Below are positions 30,481-39,527 of a DNA stretch of 64,000 nt, in pieces. This DNA comes from an uncultured cyanobacterium (GTDB lineage Bacteria; Cyanobacteriota; Cyanobacteriia; PCC-9006; JAAUQQ01). A program made the translations under genes and the position numbers. Below the pieces are notes generated by a model. That model saw nothing but the letters and a program-made list of their open reading frames with translations. It was not told the DNA's origin and made no database searches. The stretch spans positions 1,952,001 through 2,016,000 of the forward strand of contig OY970368.1 in NCBI GenBank assembly GCA_963718615.1, written 5' to 3'. Within the stretch, counting starts at the first letter, position 1, and each line of letters starts with the position of its first letter.

Positions 30481-31476
30481 ATGACGTTGTATCTCCAAGA
30501 TAAGTATATTAACCTCCTCACTGACTTTGGCTTTAAGAGAGTCTTTGGTACAGAGCCAAACAAGCACCTGTTGATTGACTTTCTGAATACGCTATTGCCA
30601 GCCAATCGCCAGATTCAGGATGTCACGTTTAAGAACAATGAGAATGTTGGTAATACGTCTGTAGACCGTAAGGCAATTTTTGATATTTACTGTCAAGGTG
30701 AGAATGGTGAGCGTTTTATCGTTGAACTCCAAAAGGCGAAACAAAACTTTTTTAAGGATAGAAGCGTTTTTTATGCAACTTTTCCAATTCAGGAGCAAGC
30801 GCTGAAGGGAGACTGGAATTTCAAACTAGCTCCGGTCTATGCGGTTGGGATCCTAGATTTCATTTTTGATGATCACAAGCATTCAACGACTCTGGTTCAC
30901 ACGGTTGATCTGAAAGATCAAAATTGCCAGGTGTTCTATGACAAACTAAAGTTTATTTATATTGAATTGCCTAAATTCAAGAAGGCAGCTAATGAGTTGG
31001 AGAGCCATAGTGATAAGTGGTTGTTTGTTTTGAAGAATCTGGCTGAGTTGAGCGATCGCCCGCAATCTCTACAAGAGGATGTGTTCAATGAACTGTTTAA
31101 CGTAGCAGAAATTGCGAATTTTTCAGCCGTTGAGCTAGATAATTATCAAGCGAGTTTAAAATACTACCGTGATCTCAATAATGTAGTGGATACCTCTCGG
31201 GAAGAAGGTCGAGCGGAAGGTCGAGCGGAAGGTCGAGCAGAAGGTCGGGCAGAAGGTCGAGCGGAAGGTCGGGTTGAAGGTAAGCAATCGCTGATTTTCC
31301 AGCAACTGGCTTTGAAGTTGGGTGAGATTCCTGAAGACACGGCTTCCCAGCTAGCTCAGCTTTCTTCCGAGGCGTTGAATGAGTTAGGGATTGCGGTGTT
31401 TGGATTTGAGGCGATCGCAGATCTCCAAGAATGGCTGAGATCAAGACCTTCTACAACCCATTCCCAATCAGAATAA
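30481..31476 (+). CDS. Rpn-family PD-(D/E)XK nuclease / putative transposase with DUF4351-like tail
   Basis: YINLLTDFGFKRVFG, FDIYC...FIVELQ, FIYIELPKF, EGRA repeats. Its 3' end overlaps the convergent TPR-CHAT 4 by 26 nt. Confidence 0.9.
   Translation: MTLYLQDKYINLLTDFGFKRVFGTEPNKHLLIDFLNTLLPANRQIQDVTFKNNENVGNTSVDRKAIFDIYCQGENGERFIVELQKAKQNFFKDRSVFYATFPIQEQALKGDWNFKLAPVYAVGILDFIFDDHKHSTTLVHTVDLKDQNCQVFYDKLKFIYIELPKFKKAANELESHSDKWLFVLKNLAELSDRPQSLQEDVFNELFNVAEIANFSAVELDNYQASLKYYRDLNNVVDTSREEGRAEGRAEGRAEGRAEGRAEGRVEGKQSLIFQQLALKLGEIPEDTASQLAQLSSEALNELGIAVFGFEAIADLQEWLRSRPSTTHSQSE
31204..31281 (+). repeat. 12-bp tandem repeat GAAGGTCGAGCG x ~6.5 (EGRA)
   Basis: Read directly from the sequence. 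Confidence 0.9.
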
Positions 31477-34400
31477 AGGCGGACCAGTAGTAGGGATGGC
31501 TAAGGTCGATGCTGGGGTTGAGGGGTTGGTTTTTGGCGATGACCTCGATTCCGGCACGGAAGTGGGCTAGGTCGGTGAGTTGTACGTTGCCTTCGATGAA
31601 GTCGCGGCTGACCTGTTGCAGGGCGGCCACTTTTGTGGTGCCGGGTTTTCCGAGATAGTTGTAGAAGCGTTGCATGTAGGCTCCGGTGGCGGGGTCGTTG
31701 ACTTGCCAGAGGGAGGCGATCACGGCTTTTGCGCCGCGTTGGAGGAAGGCGTTGCTGATGCCTGCGATTTCGATGCCGTCTTGGTCGCGACGGTCTCCGA
31801 GGGCGGTTTCGCAGGCGGAGAGGACGACTAGATGCACATTGGCGAGATCATCAAGGGTGTCGATTTCGGCGACGGGGAAGTGGCTGCCATCGCCGAGGAC
31901 GAGGAAGGATTTGCCGATATCGCCGGGTTCAAATTTGCCGTGGGTGGCGAGGTGGAGGATGTCGTGGCCGCTGAGCTGGGTTTTGATGCGGGTGGCGGTG
32001 AAGCGGTTGTCGAGGAAGATATTGCCGGGGAAGACGCCGGGGTCGGGGTTGCCGGTGGTGACGATGGCGTTGACTTCGAGGGGGACGCTGGGGAGAGGAT
32101 TGAAGCCGGGGACGGCTTGGGAGAGGCCGAGGCCGAGGACTTGGGGCTTGGGGGGGAGTTTGGCGCTGGTTTCGGTTTTGCTGGCGGCGACGAGGGTGGA
32201 GGTGCTGTAGCGTTGGGCGAGGTATTGTTGGCCATCGGGCTGTTTTCCGTCATACAGGGCACCCATGGGGATGTAGCGGGTGGCGCGGTCTGGGACGAAG
32301 ATGAGGTTGGTGATGGGGTTGGGGGCGGTGGCGATCGCCTTTTGCAGTTTTTCGGGAAACATCCAGTTGTAGAGTTTTTGGCTGATGGCTTTGGCGCGGG
32401 CGTGGTCGGCGGCGGTGCAAATGCGGGTTTCGCATTGTTTCATTTCGGTGCGGAAGTCGAGGATGGTTTGGGCGAGGTCGGCTTGGCTGACGGGAACTTC
32501 GTAGACGGTGAGAACGGGGCCTTCGCTGGCGACGAGGAGCCACATTTTGTCGTCGAGGACGAGGGGATAGATCAGCAGGCTGCCGGGTTGGGCGCTGAGG
32601 AGTTCGGCGGCGCGGCGGCGGAGGTTGTTGTTGGGGTCGTTGGGGTCGATCCAGGCGATGTCTTGGGTGTGGCGGTCTTTGAGTTGGGCCTGGAGGGTTT
32701 GGAGGAGGGTTTCGAAGGCGCGGTTGTGTTGGTCGCGTTGGCTGAGCAACTGGGTGTATTTTTCGGAGTTTTGGCAGGTGGGGTCGGTTTGGCAGGTGCG
32801 GAGGTCTTGGCCGAAGGCGATGAGGCTGTTGTAGTTTTTGAGAATGGTTTGTTCGGTGGGGTTGAGGGCGATTTCTGTGCCGGGGGTGGTGGAGCGGGTG
32901 TAGGTTTGGGTTTCTTGGATTTTGAGGAGTTCGAGGACTTGTTGGGCTTCGGCGATGCGGCCTTGGGAGAGGAGGGCGTCGGCGAGGCGGCGATAAGTGC
33001 CGGAGATGGATTGGGTGTAGGTTTCTTGGGTTTCTTGGGGGAGGGTTTTGATGTCTTGGCGGAGGGTTTCGTAGAGGTTGACGGATTGTTTGTAGAAGGC
33101 GATGGCGATTTCTGGTTTTCCCAAGTCATCGTAGATATAGCCAATGTTGTCGAGGGTATTGGCTTGCCCGGAGCGATCGCCCACCGCCCGATACATGGGC
33201 AAAGCTTGGTTATAAAACTCCAAAGCCTTTTGCTTCTCTCCCAAGGCAGAGTAGACAAGGCCAATGCCGGTGAGGGCAGCAACTTGTCCGAAGCGATTGT
33301 TCACCTCCAGCGACAGGGGAAGAGCCCGATTAAGGAACTCCAGAGCTTTTGAATTTTCTCCCAAGTCAAAGTAGACTCTACCAATGTTTGCGAGCCTTGA
33401 GGGCTGTCTGAAGAGATCGCCTACCATTTGGCTCAGATGCAGAGACTGATTGAGGAACTTCAGGGCTTTTTCCTTGTTTCCCAAGTCAGAGTAGGCAAGG
33501 CCAATGCCGCCGAGGGTTATGGCTTGTAAAGAGTGATCGCCCATCTCCTGACTCAGATTCAGAGACTGATTGAGGAACTCCAGAGCTTTTGAATTCTCTC
33601 CCAAGTCATAGTAGATACTGCCAATGCCAGAGAGGGCTATGGCTTGTAAAGATTGATCGCCCACCTCCTGACTTAGGGGAAGAGCCTGATTGAAGAACTC
33701 GAGAGCTGTTGCCCGCTCTTCCAAGTTAGTGTAGATAACGCCAATGACAGTGAGGATAGTGGCCTTTGCTTCGCGATCGCCTAGCTCCTGCATCAGCGGT
33801 AGCGCTTGATTCCAAGACTCCAGTGCTTTCTGATTCTCTCCCAATTCAGTGTAGACAAGGCCAATGACAGTGAGGATAGTGGCCTTTGCTTCGCGATCGC
33901 CTAGCTCCTGCATCAGCGGTAGCGCTTGATTCCAAGACTCCAGTGCTTTCTGATTCTCTCCCAATTCAGTGTAGACAAGGCCAATGACAGTGAGGATAGT
34001 GGCCTTTGCTTCGCGATCGCCTAGCTCCTGCATCAGCGGTAGCGCTTGATTCCAAGACTCCAGTGCTTTCTGATTCTCTCCCAATTCAGTGTAGACAAGG
34101 CCAATGACAGTGAGGATAGTGGCCTTTGCTTCGCGATCGCCTAGCCCCCACATCAGTGGTAGTGCTTGATTCAAAGATTCCAGTGCTTTCTGACTCTCTC
34201 CCAATTCAGTGTAGACAAGGCCAATGCCAGTGAGGATAGTGGCTTGTCCGTAGCGCTCGTCCATCTCCTGCATCAGAGGCAGAAACTGATTGTAGAACTC
34301 GAGAGCTTTGCCAGTCTCTCCTAAGTGAGAAATGTTGGTGAGAATAGTGGTTAGGCCCGAGCGCTCGTCCATCGACCTGCTCAAGAGCAAGGACTGGTTA

Positions 34401-35983
34401 AAGAACTCCAAAGCCTTTTGCTTCTCTCCTAAGGCAGAGTAGACAGTACCAATGTTAGTAAGAATAATGGCCTGGCCCGAGCGATCGCCCACCGCCCAAT
34501 GCAAGAGAAAGGATTGGTGATAAAATTCCAAAGCCTTGTGCTGTTCTCCCAAGTCATCGTAGACATTGCCGATGAGATTGAGAATAGTGGCCTCTCGCTC
34601 GCGCTTTCCCAGTTTATGCACCAGCGGTAGCGCTTGATTGAGATACTCCAGCGCTTTCTGATTCTCGCCTAATTTAGCGTAGATAATGCCGATGAGGTTG
34701 AGAGTAGTAGCTTCTTGTTCACGATTGTCCAACTCACGTATCAGCGGTAGCGCTTGATTGAGATACTCCAGCGCCTTCTGATGCTCGTCCAATTGATCGG
34801 AAATAGCGTCAACGACAAAGCTGGTAATGGCTTTATCGGGGTGATTGGTTCCGCCAAGCTCCGAAGGATCGCCCACTGCTCGGCTCAAGGGTAGAGATTG
34901 GTTAAAGAACTCCAAAGCCTTTTGCGTCTCTCCCAAGTCATAGTAGACTCCAGCAATGTTGCTGAGGGTGGTGGCTTCACCGGAGCGATCGCCCAGCTCA
35001 CGATACAGAGGCAGAGCCTGGTTGTAGAACTCGATGGCTTTTTCGTTCTCATCCAAGGCATCATAGATGCTGCCAATACGGTAGAGAATAGTGGCTTCTT
35101 GTTCGCGATCGCCCAGCTCACGATACAGCGGTAGTACTTGATTGAGATACTCCAGCGCTTTCTGATTCTCACCTAATTCAGTGTAGACAATGCCGATGAG
35201 GTTGAGAGTAGTGGCTTCACCCAAGCGATAACCCTCCATTCGCAACAGTAGCAGCGATTGACTAAAATAATCCAAAGCCTTTTGATTTTCATCCAAGGCA
35301 ACGTAGGTGAGGCCAAAGCCAAAGAGAGCCGCTGCTTCAACAGATCGATCACTTCCCTCCTTCGCAATCGGCAAAGCTTGGTTGAAATAATCTAGAGCTT
35401 TTGAATACTCCTCCAAACCATAGTAAGAAAGACCAACGCCTGCAAGAGAATCGGCTTCAATCGATCGATCAGCCTCCTCAAGCTCCGAAGAATCGCCCCC
35501 CTTCCTGATCACTAGCAACGCCTGATTGAAATAATCCAAAGCCTTTTGAGAGTCATCAAAAACATAGACCCAACCCATACCATTCAACGCTTCTGCCTCC
35601 CCAGATCGATCCTCCAGTTCCCGGCTCAACCCCAAAGCCCGATTAAAAAACTCCAACGCCTTCTCCTGCTCACCCAAATCATCATAAACATCCCCCAGAT
35701 GCCGCAGCACCAAAGCCTGCTTCAGCCGCTGCCCCCCCGCCACACTCAACCGCAACGCCCGCTCAAACTGCTCAATCGCCGCCTTCAAAGACCCCTGATC
35801 CCCCTGCTTCTGCAACCGCTCTCCCTCCGCGATCAACCCCTCCAACTCCCCCAAAACCTCCCCCCGCCCCTCAACCTGCGCCACCGCCCTCCCCAACGAA
35901 CCCGGCAACACCGGCCCACCCAGCCCCAACACAACGGCCAACACAACCGACCCCACCCAGCGACCAGAATAACCAGAATTCAT
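31451..35983 (-). CDS. TPR-CHAT protease 4 with N-terminal signal peptide
   Basis: Start ATG 35983 (MNSGYSGRWVGSVVLAVVLGL...AVAQ), more than 20 TPRs, HLATHG, VLSACETA, HPYYWSAFILIGN. Confidence 0.92.
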   Translation of the reverse strand: MNSGYSGRWVGSVVLAVVLGLGGPVLPGSLGRAVAQVEGRGEVLGELEGLIAEGERLQKQGDQGSLKAAIEQFERALRLSVAGGQRLKQALVLRHLGDVYDDLGEQEKALEFFNRALGLSRELEDRSGEAEALNGMGWVYVFDDSQKALDYFNQALLVIRKGGDSSELEEADRSIEADSLAGVGLSYYGLEEYSKALDYFNQALPIAKEGSDRSVEAAALFGFGLTYVALDENQKALDYFSQSLLLLRMEGYRLGEATTLNLIGIVYTELGENQKALEYLNQVLPLYRELGDREQEATILYRIGSIYDALDENEKAIEFYNQALPLYRELGDRSGEATTLSNIAGVYYDLGETQKALEFFNQSLPLSRAVGDPSELGGTNHPDKAITSFVVDAISDQLDEHQKALEYLNQALPLIRELDNREQEATTLNLIGIIYAKLGENQKALEYLNQALPLVHKLGKREREATILNLIGNVYDDLGEQHKALEFYHQSFLLHWAVGDRSGQAIILTNIGTVYSALGEKQKALEFFNQSLLLSRSMDERSGLTTILTNISHLGETGKALEFYNQFLPLMQEMDERYGQATILTGIGLVYTELGESQKALESLNQALPLMWGLGDREAKATILTVIGLVYTELGENQKALESWNQALPLMQELGDREAKATILTVIGLVYTELGENQKALESWNQALPLMQELGDREAKATILTVIGLVYTELGENQKALESWNQALPLMQELGDREAKATILTVIGVIYTNLEERATALEFFNQALPLSQEVGDQSLQAIALSGIGSIYYDLGENSKALEFLNQSLNLSQEMGDHSLQAITLGGIGLAYSDLGNKEKALKFLNQSLHLSQMVGDLFRQPSRLANIGRVYFDLGENSKALEFLNRALPLSLEVNNRFGQVAALTGIGLVYSALGEKQKALEFYNQALPMYRAVGDRSGQANTLDNIGYIYDDLGKPEIAIAFYKQSVNLYETLRQDIKTLPQETQETYTQSISGTYRRLADALLSQGRIAEAQQVLELLKIQETQTYTRSTTPGTEIALNPTEQTILKNYNSLIAFGQDLRTCQTDPTCQNSEKYTQLLSQRDQHNRAFETLLQTLQAQLKDRHTQDIAWIDPNDPNNNLRRRAAELLSAQPGSLLIYPLVLDDKMWLLVASEGPVLTVYEVPVSQADLAQTILDFRTEMKQCETRICTAADHARAKAISQKLYNWMFPEKLQKAIATAPNPITNLIFVPDRATRYIPMGALYDGKQPDGQQYLAQRYSTSTLVAASKTETSAKLPPKPQVLGLGLSQAVPGFNPLPSVPLEVNAIVTTGNPDPGVFPGNIFLDNRFTATRIKTQLSGHDILHLATHGKFEPGDIGKSFLVLGDGSHFPVAEIDTLDDLANVHLVVLSACETALGDRRDQDGIEIAGISNAFLQRGAKAVIASLWQVNDPATGAYMQRFYNYLGKPGTTKVAALQQVSRDFIEGNVQLTDLAHFRAGIEVIAKNQPLNPSIDLSHPYYWSAFILIGNGL
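33740..34144. repeat. Three exact 120-bp tandem TPR-coding units plus a partial copy
   Basis: 33781-33900, 33901-34020 and 34021-34140 are identical. Confidence 0.92.
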
Positions 35984-36067
35984 CAGACAACCCCTTGAGT
36001 AAACTGATTCCCTCTTCCAGCCCAGACCCAAACACCAGACCAAAAGACAGAAATGGCAACAGAAGCA

Positions 36068-36096
36068 TATACGGCAGAACCCTCGCAACCTATGCA
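36068..36096 (-). promoter_or_regulatory. Cluster promoter motif TGCAT-N18-CGTATA upstream of TPR-CHAT 4
   Basis: Minus strand reads CTGCATAGGTTGCGAGGGTTCTGCCGTATATG. Confidence 0.75.
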
Positions 36097-36111
36097 GCCG
36101 CCCTTTGGTCT

Positions 36112-36933
36112 ATGATCAAAAACAGGATTCGAATCATCCGCAGCCGCGCCACTCCAGAAGAGATACAAGAAATGCTAGAGAATCTTAGACTTCACCTCAC
36201 CCGTATTCAGGCATTAACTAATAGTGAAACTAATAGTGATGCTGACGAACATATTATTCTCCATCTGATTCGTGAAAGTCAGTACCTGATCGAATGGACT
36301 GTACCCACCCTAGACTTGGAGAAAGACGAGAGCCTGAACATTGCCACAGAACTCATCCGCCTTCAGCGACAACTCAGCCAATGGAAACTGCAATGGCATG
36401 AGCTGTGGGCAGATAGTCGGTCGCGGGAGGCGATCGCAAAAACTGCTCAACAATGGTGTCAATCGATTGACCAGTGGTCCGTACGCTCATCGCGGGTTAG
36501 AAATCAATTCCGATTCAGTGGCCTAAAGGCCATTGCCGATCAGAATGAACGGTGCCCAGTAGTAGGGATGGCTGAGGTTGCCTTTAATCTGTGGGGGTTT
36601 TCCGTCGGCAGTGGCGACAACAATGCTGGCTCGGGAGCCGCCGACTTGGGAATAGTCGTTTTTGATCAGGGCAATCTGGGTTTGGCGGAGGGCTTCGGCT
36701 TTGGGCAGGCCGAGGTCGAGGGCAACGTAGAAGGCGTTCATGAGTTTTTGGGTGCCGCCGTCATCGACTTGCCAGAGGGAGGCAATGGAGGCTTTGGCCC
36801 CGGCGCGTTGGAATTGGTAGCCCAAGCCGAGGATTTCTTGGCCATTGCTAAACTGACCGCCGAGGCCGGTTTCGCAGGCGGAGAGGACAACGAGATCAAC
36901 GCCGTTGAGGTTCCAGGCTTCGATGTCACGTAG
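36112..36933 (+). CDS. Hypothetical protein, probably a fused or eroded remnant; only ~36112-36500 looks genuinely coding
   Basis: MIKNRIRIIRSRATPEEIQEMLE recalls a DUF5674 N-terminus and is followed by ESQYLIEWT...ELIRLQRQLSQW. With no stop, the frame continues antisense into TPR-CHAT 5. Confidence 0.45.
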   Translation: MIKNRIRIIRSRATPEEIQEMLENLRLHLTRIQALTNSETNSDADEHIILHLIRESQYLIEWTVPTLDLEKDESLNIATELIRLQRQLSQWKLQWHELWADSRSREAIAKTAQQWCQSIDQWSVRSSRVRNQFRFSGLKAIADQNERCPVVGMAEVAFNLWGFSVGSGDNNAGSGAADLGIVVFDQGNLGLAEGFGFGQAEVEGNVEGVHEFLGAAVIDLPEGGNGGFGPGALELVAQAEDFLAIAKLTAEAGFAGGEDNEINAVEVPGFDVT

Positions 36934-38766
36934 GGTGACGGGTTTGCCATCGCCAAAGAGGATAAAGGAGTCGTCGGGACTGCCGATGACGAGGGCTCCG
37001 TGGGTGGCAAGGTGGATGATGGTGTGGTCGCCCATTTGGGGGAGGGTGTCCTGGGCGTTGAAGGTGCGATCGAAGAGTTGCACGGTATTGGGAATGAGTT
37101 TGCCCAGATTTTCGACTTCGACTTTGGTGAAGGGGAGGCCGTTGAATTGGAATTGTTCGCCACCGAGGTTAAAACTGTACTGGCCGGTGGTGAAGGCTCC
37201 GGCGAGGATGCTGGGGGGTTTAGGGGGTTGGGGGGTGAGCTGGGTGAGGGCGGCGGCGGTGATGTTGTTGATGCGATAGGTTTGGATCAGCCAGTCTTGG
37301 CCGTCGTGGAGGGCGGCGAGGGGAATATAGCGGAGGATGCCGTCGGGGGCGTAGAGGATGGTTTGGGCTTCAACGGTGGCGAGGTCGGTTTCAAAGTCTT
37401 TGAGCAGCCAGGTGTAGAGTTTTTGGGCGATGGGTTTGGGGTCTTGGCGGGGGTCTTGGAGGGCGGCGCGGAAGGCTTGGATCGTTTGCTGGAGTTCGGT
37501 TCGGGAAACGTTAACGGTGTGGCGGCGGGGTGGGGTTTGGGGGTTGGCGGTGGTGAGGATGAGTTCGATGCGATCGTCAAAAATCACGGGATAGAGCAAG
37601 ACGGCGTGGGGGTCGGCGGCGGCGAGGATGGGTTGGACGCTGAGGAGCCGTGCCATTTCGTCGGCGAGGTCGGGGTCACGGGTTTCGGGGCTGAGTTGGG
37701 CGATCAACTGCTGAACTTGGGGGCTGCGGAGAAATTGGTTGAAGTCTTGGGTGATTTTTTGTTGGAGTTGGAGGAGCTGGTTGAGGCGTTGGTTGTCGGC
37801 GGGGGTGCGTTGGGCGAGGGGGATGGCGCGGAGGCGGGTGAGGTCTTGGCCGATGGGGATGGTTTGGGCGAGGATGTCTTGGATGCCGCTGAGGATGAGT
37901 TGTTCGGGGTGGAGGGTGGGGATGTTGCCGGGGGCGGTGTTGCGGCGGACGTTGGTGAGGTAGTCGTCGAGTTCTTGGATTTTGAGGAGGTCGAGGACGC
38001 GTTGGGCTTCGAGGATGCGGTTTTGTTGGAGGAGGAGGTCGGCGAGGGTGCGGTAGGTGTTGGCGATGGAGTCGGTGTAGGTTTGTTGGAGGGTTTGATT
38101 GAGGGGTTGGAGGGTTTGGCGGATGGTTTCGTAGGTGTTGACGGCTTGTTTGTAGTAGAGGATGGCGAGTTGGGGTTGATTTTGTTGCTCAAGCAATAAT
38201 CCAACGTTGCCTAGGGCTATAGCGAGACCATTGCGATCGCCCATTTCCTCATAAATGGGCTGCGCTTGCTGATAGTATTCCAGTGCCTTGGCGTAGTTGC
38301 TCAAAGAGCCATAGGCAATGCCCTGATTCGTCAGCACGTTAGCCAGACCATTGCGATCGCCCACCTCCTCAAAAATGGGCTGCGCTTGCTGATAGTATTC
38401 CAGTGCTTTGGTGTAGTTGCTCAAGGAGAGATAGGCAACGCCCTGATTCGTCAGCACTTTAGCCAGACCATTGCGATCGCCCACCTCCTCAAAAATGGGC
38501 TGCGCTTGCTGATAGTATTCCAGTGCTTTGGTGTAGTTGCTCAAAGAGCCATAGGCAAACCCCTGATTCATCAGCACGTTAGCCAGACCATTGCGATCGC
38601 CCACCTCCTCAAATATCGGCTGCGCTTGCTGATAGTATTCCAGTGCTTTGGTGTAGTTGCTCAAAGAGCCATAGGCAAACCCCTGATTCATCAGCATGTT
38701 AGCCAGACCATTGCGATCGCCCACCTCCTCAAAAATGGGCTGCGCCTGCTGATAGTGGTAGTCCAA

Positions 38767-39207
38767 TTATGTGGGTGCTGGAGAGAATGAAGCGGCATGA
38801 GCCTGCTTAAGGCGCAATTGCTGGTTGTAATGGTGAACGAAATTCCAGATCGCAGCCTCGTGGTTCTCTTGTTTCTTTGAAAACGAGAGCGCCTTTCGGA
38901 CCAAGCGCGACACCCTTTGCCGCAGGGTGCAGTTGAACCTCTCGATGTAGCTCGTCAGCCCGCTTTCTTTCCCAACCGCTCGGTGGCGTTGGCTAGGAAG
39001 CACACAGGCATAGCTCTCCCAATAATCGGTGTAGATGACTGCACATTGGCGGTACACTCCCGGTAGAGACCGCCATAAAGCTTCGGCAGATTTAGCACTT
39101 CGGTCCCCGATATAAAGGCCAATGATTTCGCGAGTGTCCGCATCTAGAGCAATCCAAACCCACTGTTTATTTCCTTTATGGTCCACGAACGACCAGAGTT
39201 CGTCCAT
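38767..39207 (-). CDS. insB: IS1 transposase, InsB (DDE) part
   Basis: MDELWSFV...WVWIA...YTDYWESY...IERFNCTLRQRVSRLVRKALSFSK. Confidence 0.9.
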   Translation of the reverse strand: MDELWSFVDHKGNKQWVWIALDADTREIIGLYIGDRSAKSAEALWRSLPGVYRQCAVIYTDYWESYACVLPSQRHRAVGKESGLTSYIERFNCTLRQRVSRLVRKALSFSKKQENHEAAIWNFVHHYNQQLRLKQAHAASFSPAPT

Positions 39208-39215
39208 CTGGACCG

Positions 39216-39527
39216 TCAGAGCTTTTTTACTTTCTTCGTCACTTCCACCTCCCGAGCAACGGTTTTAGCTTTGGCGTTGACGTAGGTCTGAATGCAGCTC
39301 TCGGAGCGCTGCATCACCCGAGCAATTCCAGCAATGGCCAGCCTTTCAAGCAATAAACGTTCGAGCAAGGCTATCTCTTCATCGCTCAAGGGAAGGGATT
39401 TCGGAGTCAGGACAAACCGGCGATGGCAATCTCGACATTTATAGCTTTGAGTACCGCGATCGTTGAAGCCGTTACGGCTGATATCTTCAGATAGACAGTT
39501 AGGACAATGAAGCAGCTCTTGAGTCAT
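39216..39527 (-). CDS. insA: IS1 transposase, InsA (Zn-finger/HTH) part, joined to InsB by a predicted -1 frameshift at A AAA AAG (39222-39228)
   Basis: CPNC...YKCRDC. A -1 slip gives ...V K K A L T V Q M D E, in frame with InsB. Confidence 0.88.
   Translation of the reverse strand: MTQELLHCPNCLSEDISRNGFNDRGTQSYKCRDCHRRFVLTPKSLPLSDEEIALLERLLLERLAIAGIARVMQRSESCIQTYVNAKAKTVAREVEVTKKVKKL

Noticed and set aside
35984-36088. Cys-rich N-terminal extension of TPR-CHAT 4 from the ORF track
   Set aside because: It overlaps the promoter motif at 36068-36096; ATG 35983 gives a normal signal peptide.
31832-38199. Long opposite-strand ORFs (e.g. 31832-33352, 37000-38199, 32572-33282)
   Set aside because: Shadow or alternate frames of the CHAT genes, produced by extreme strand skew; low-complexity G/V/E or P/S/T translations.
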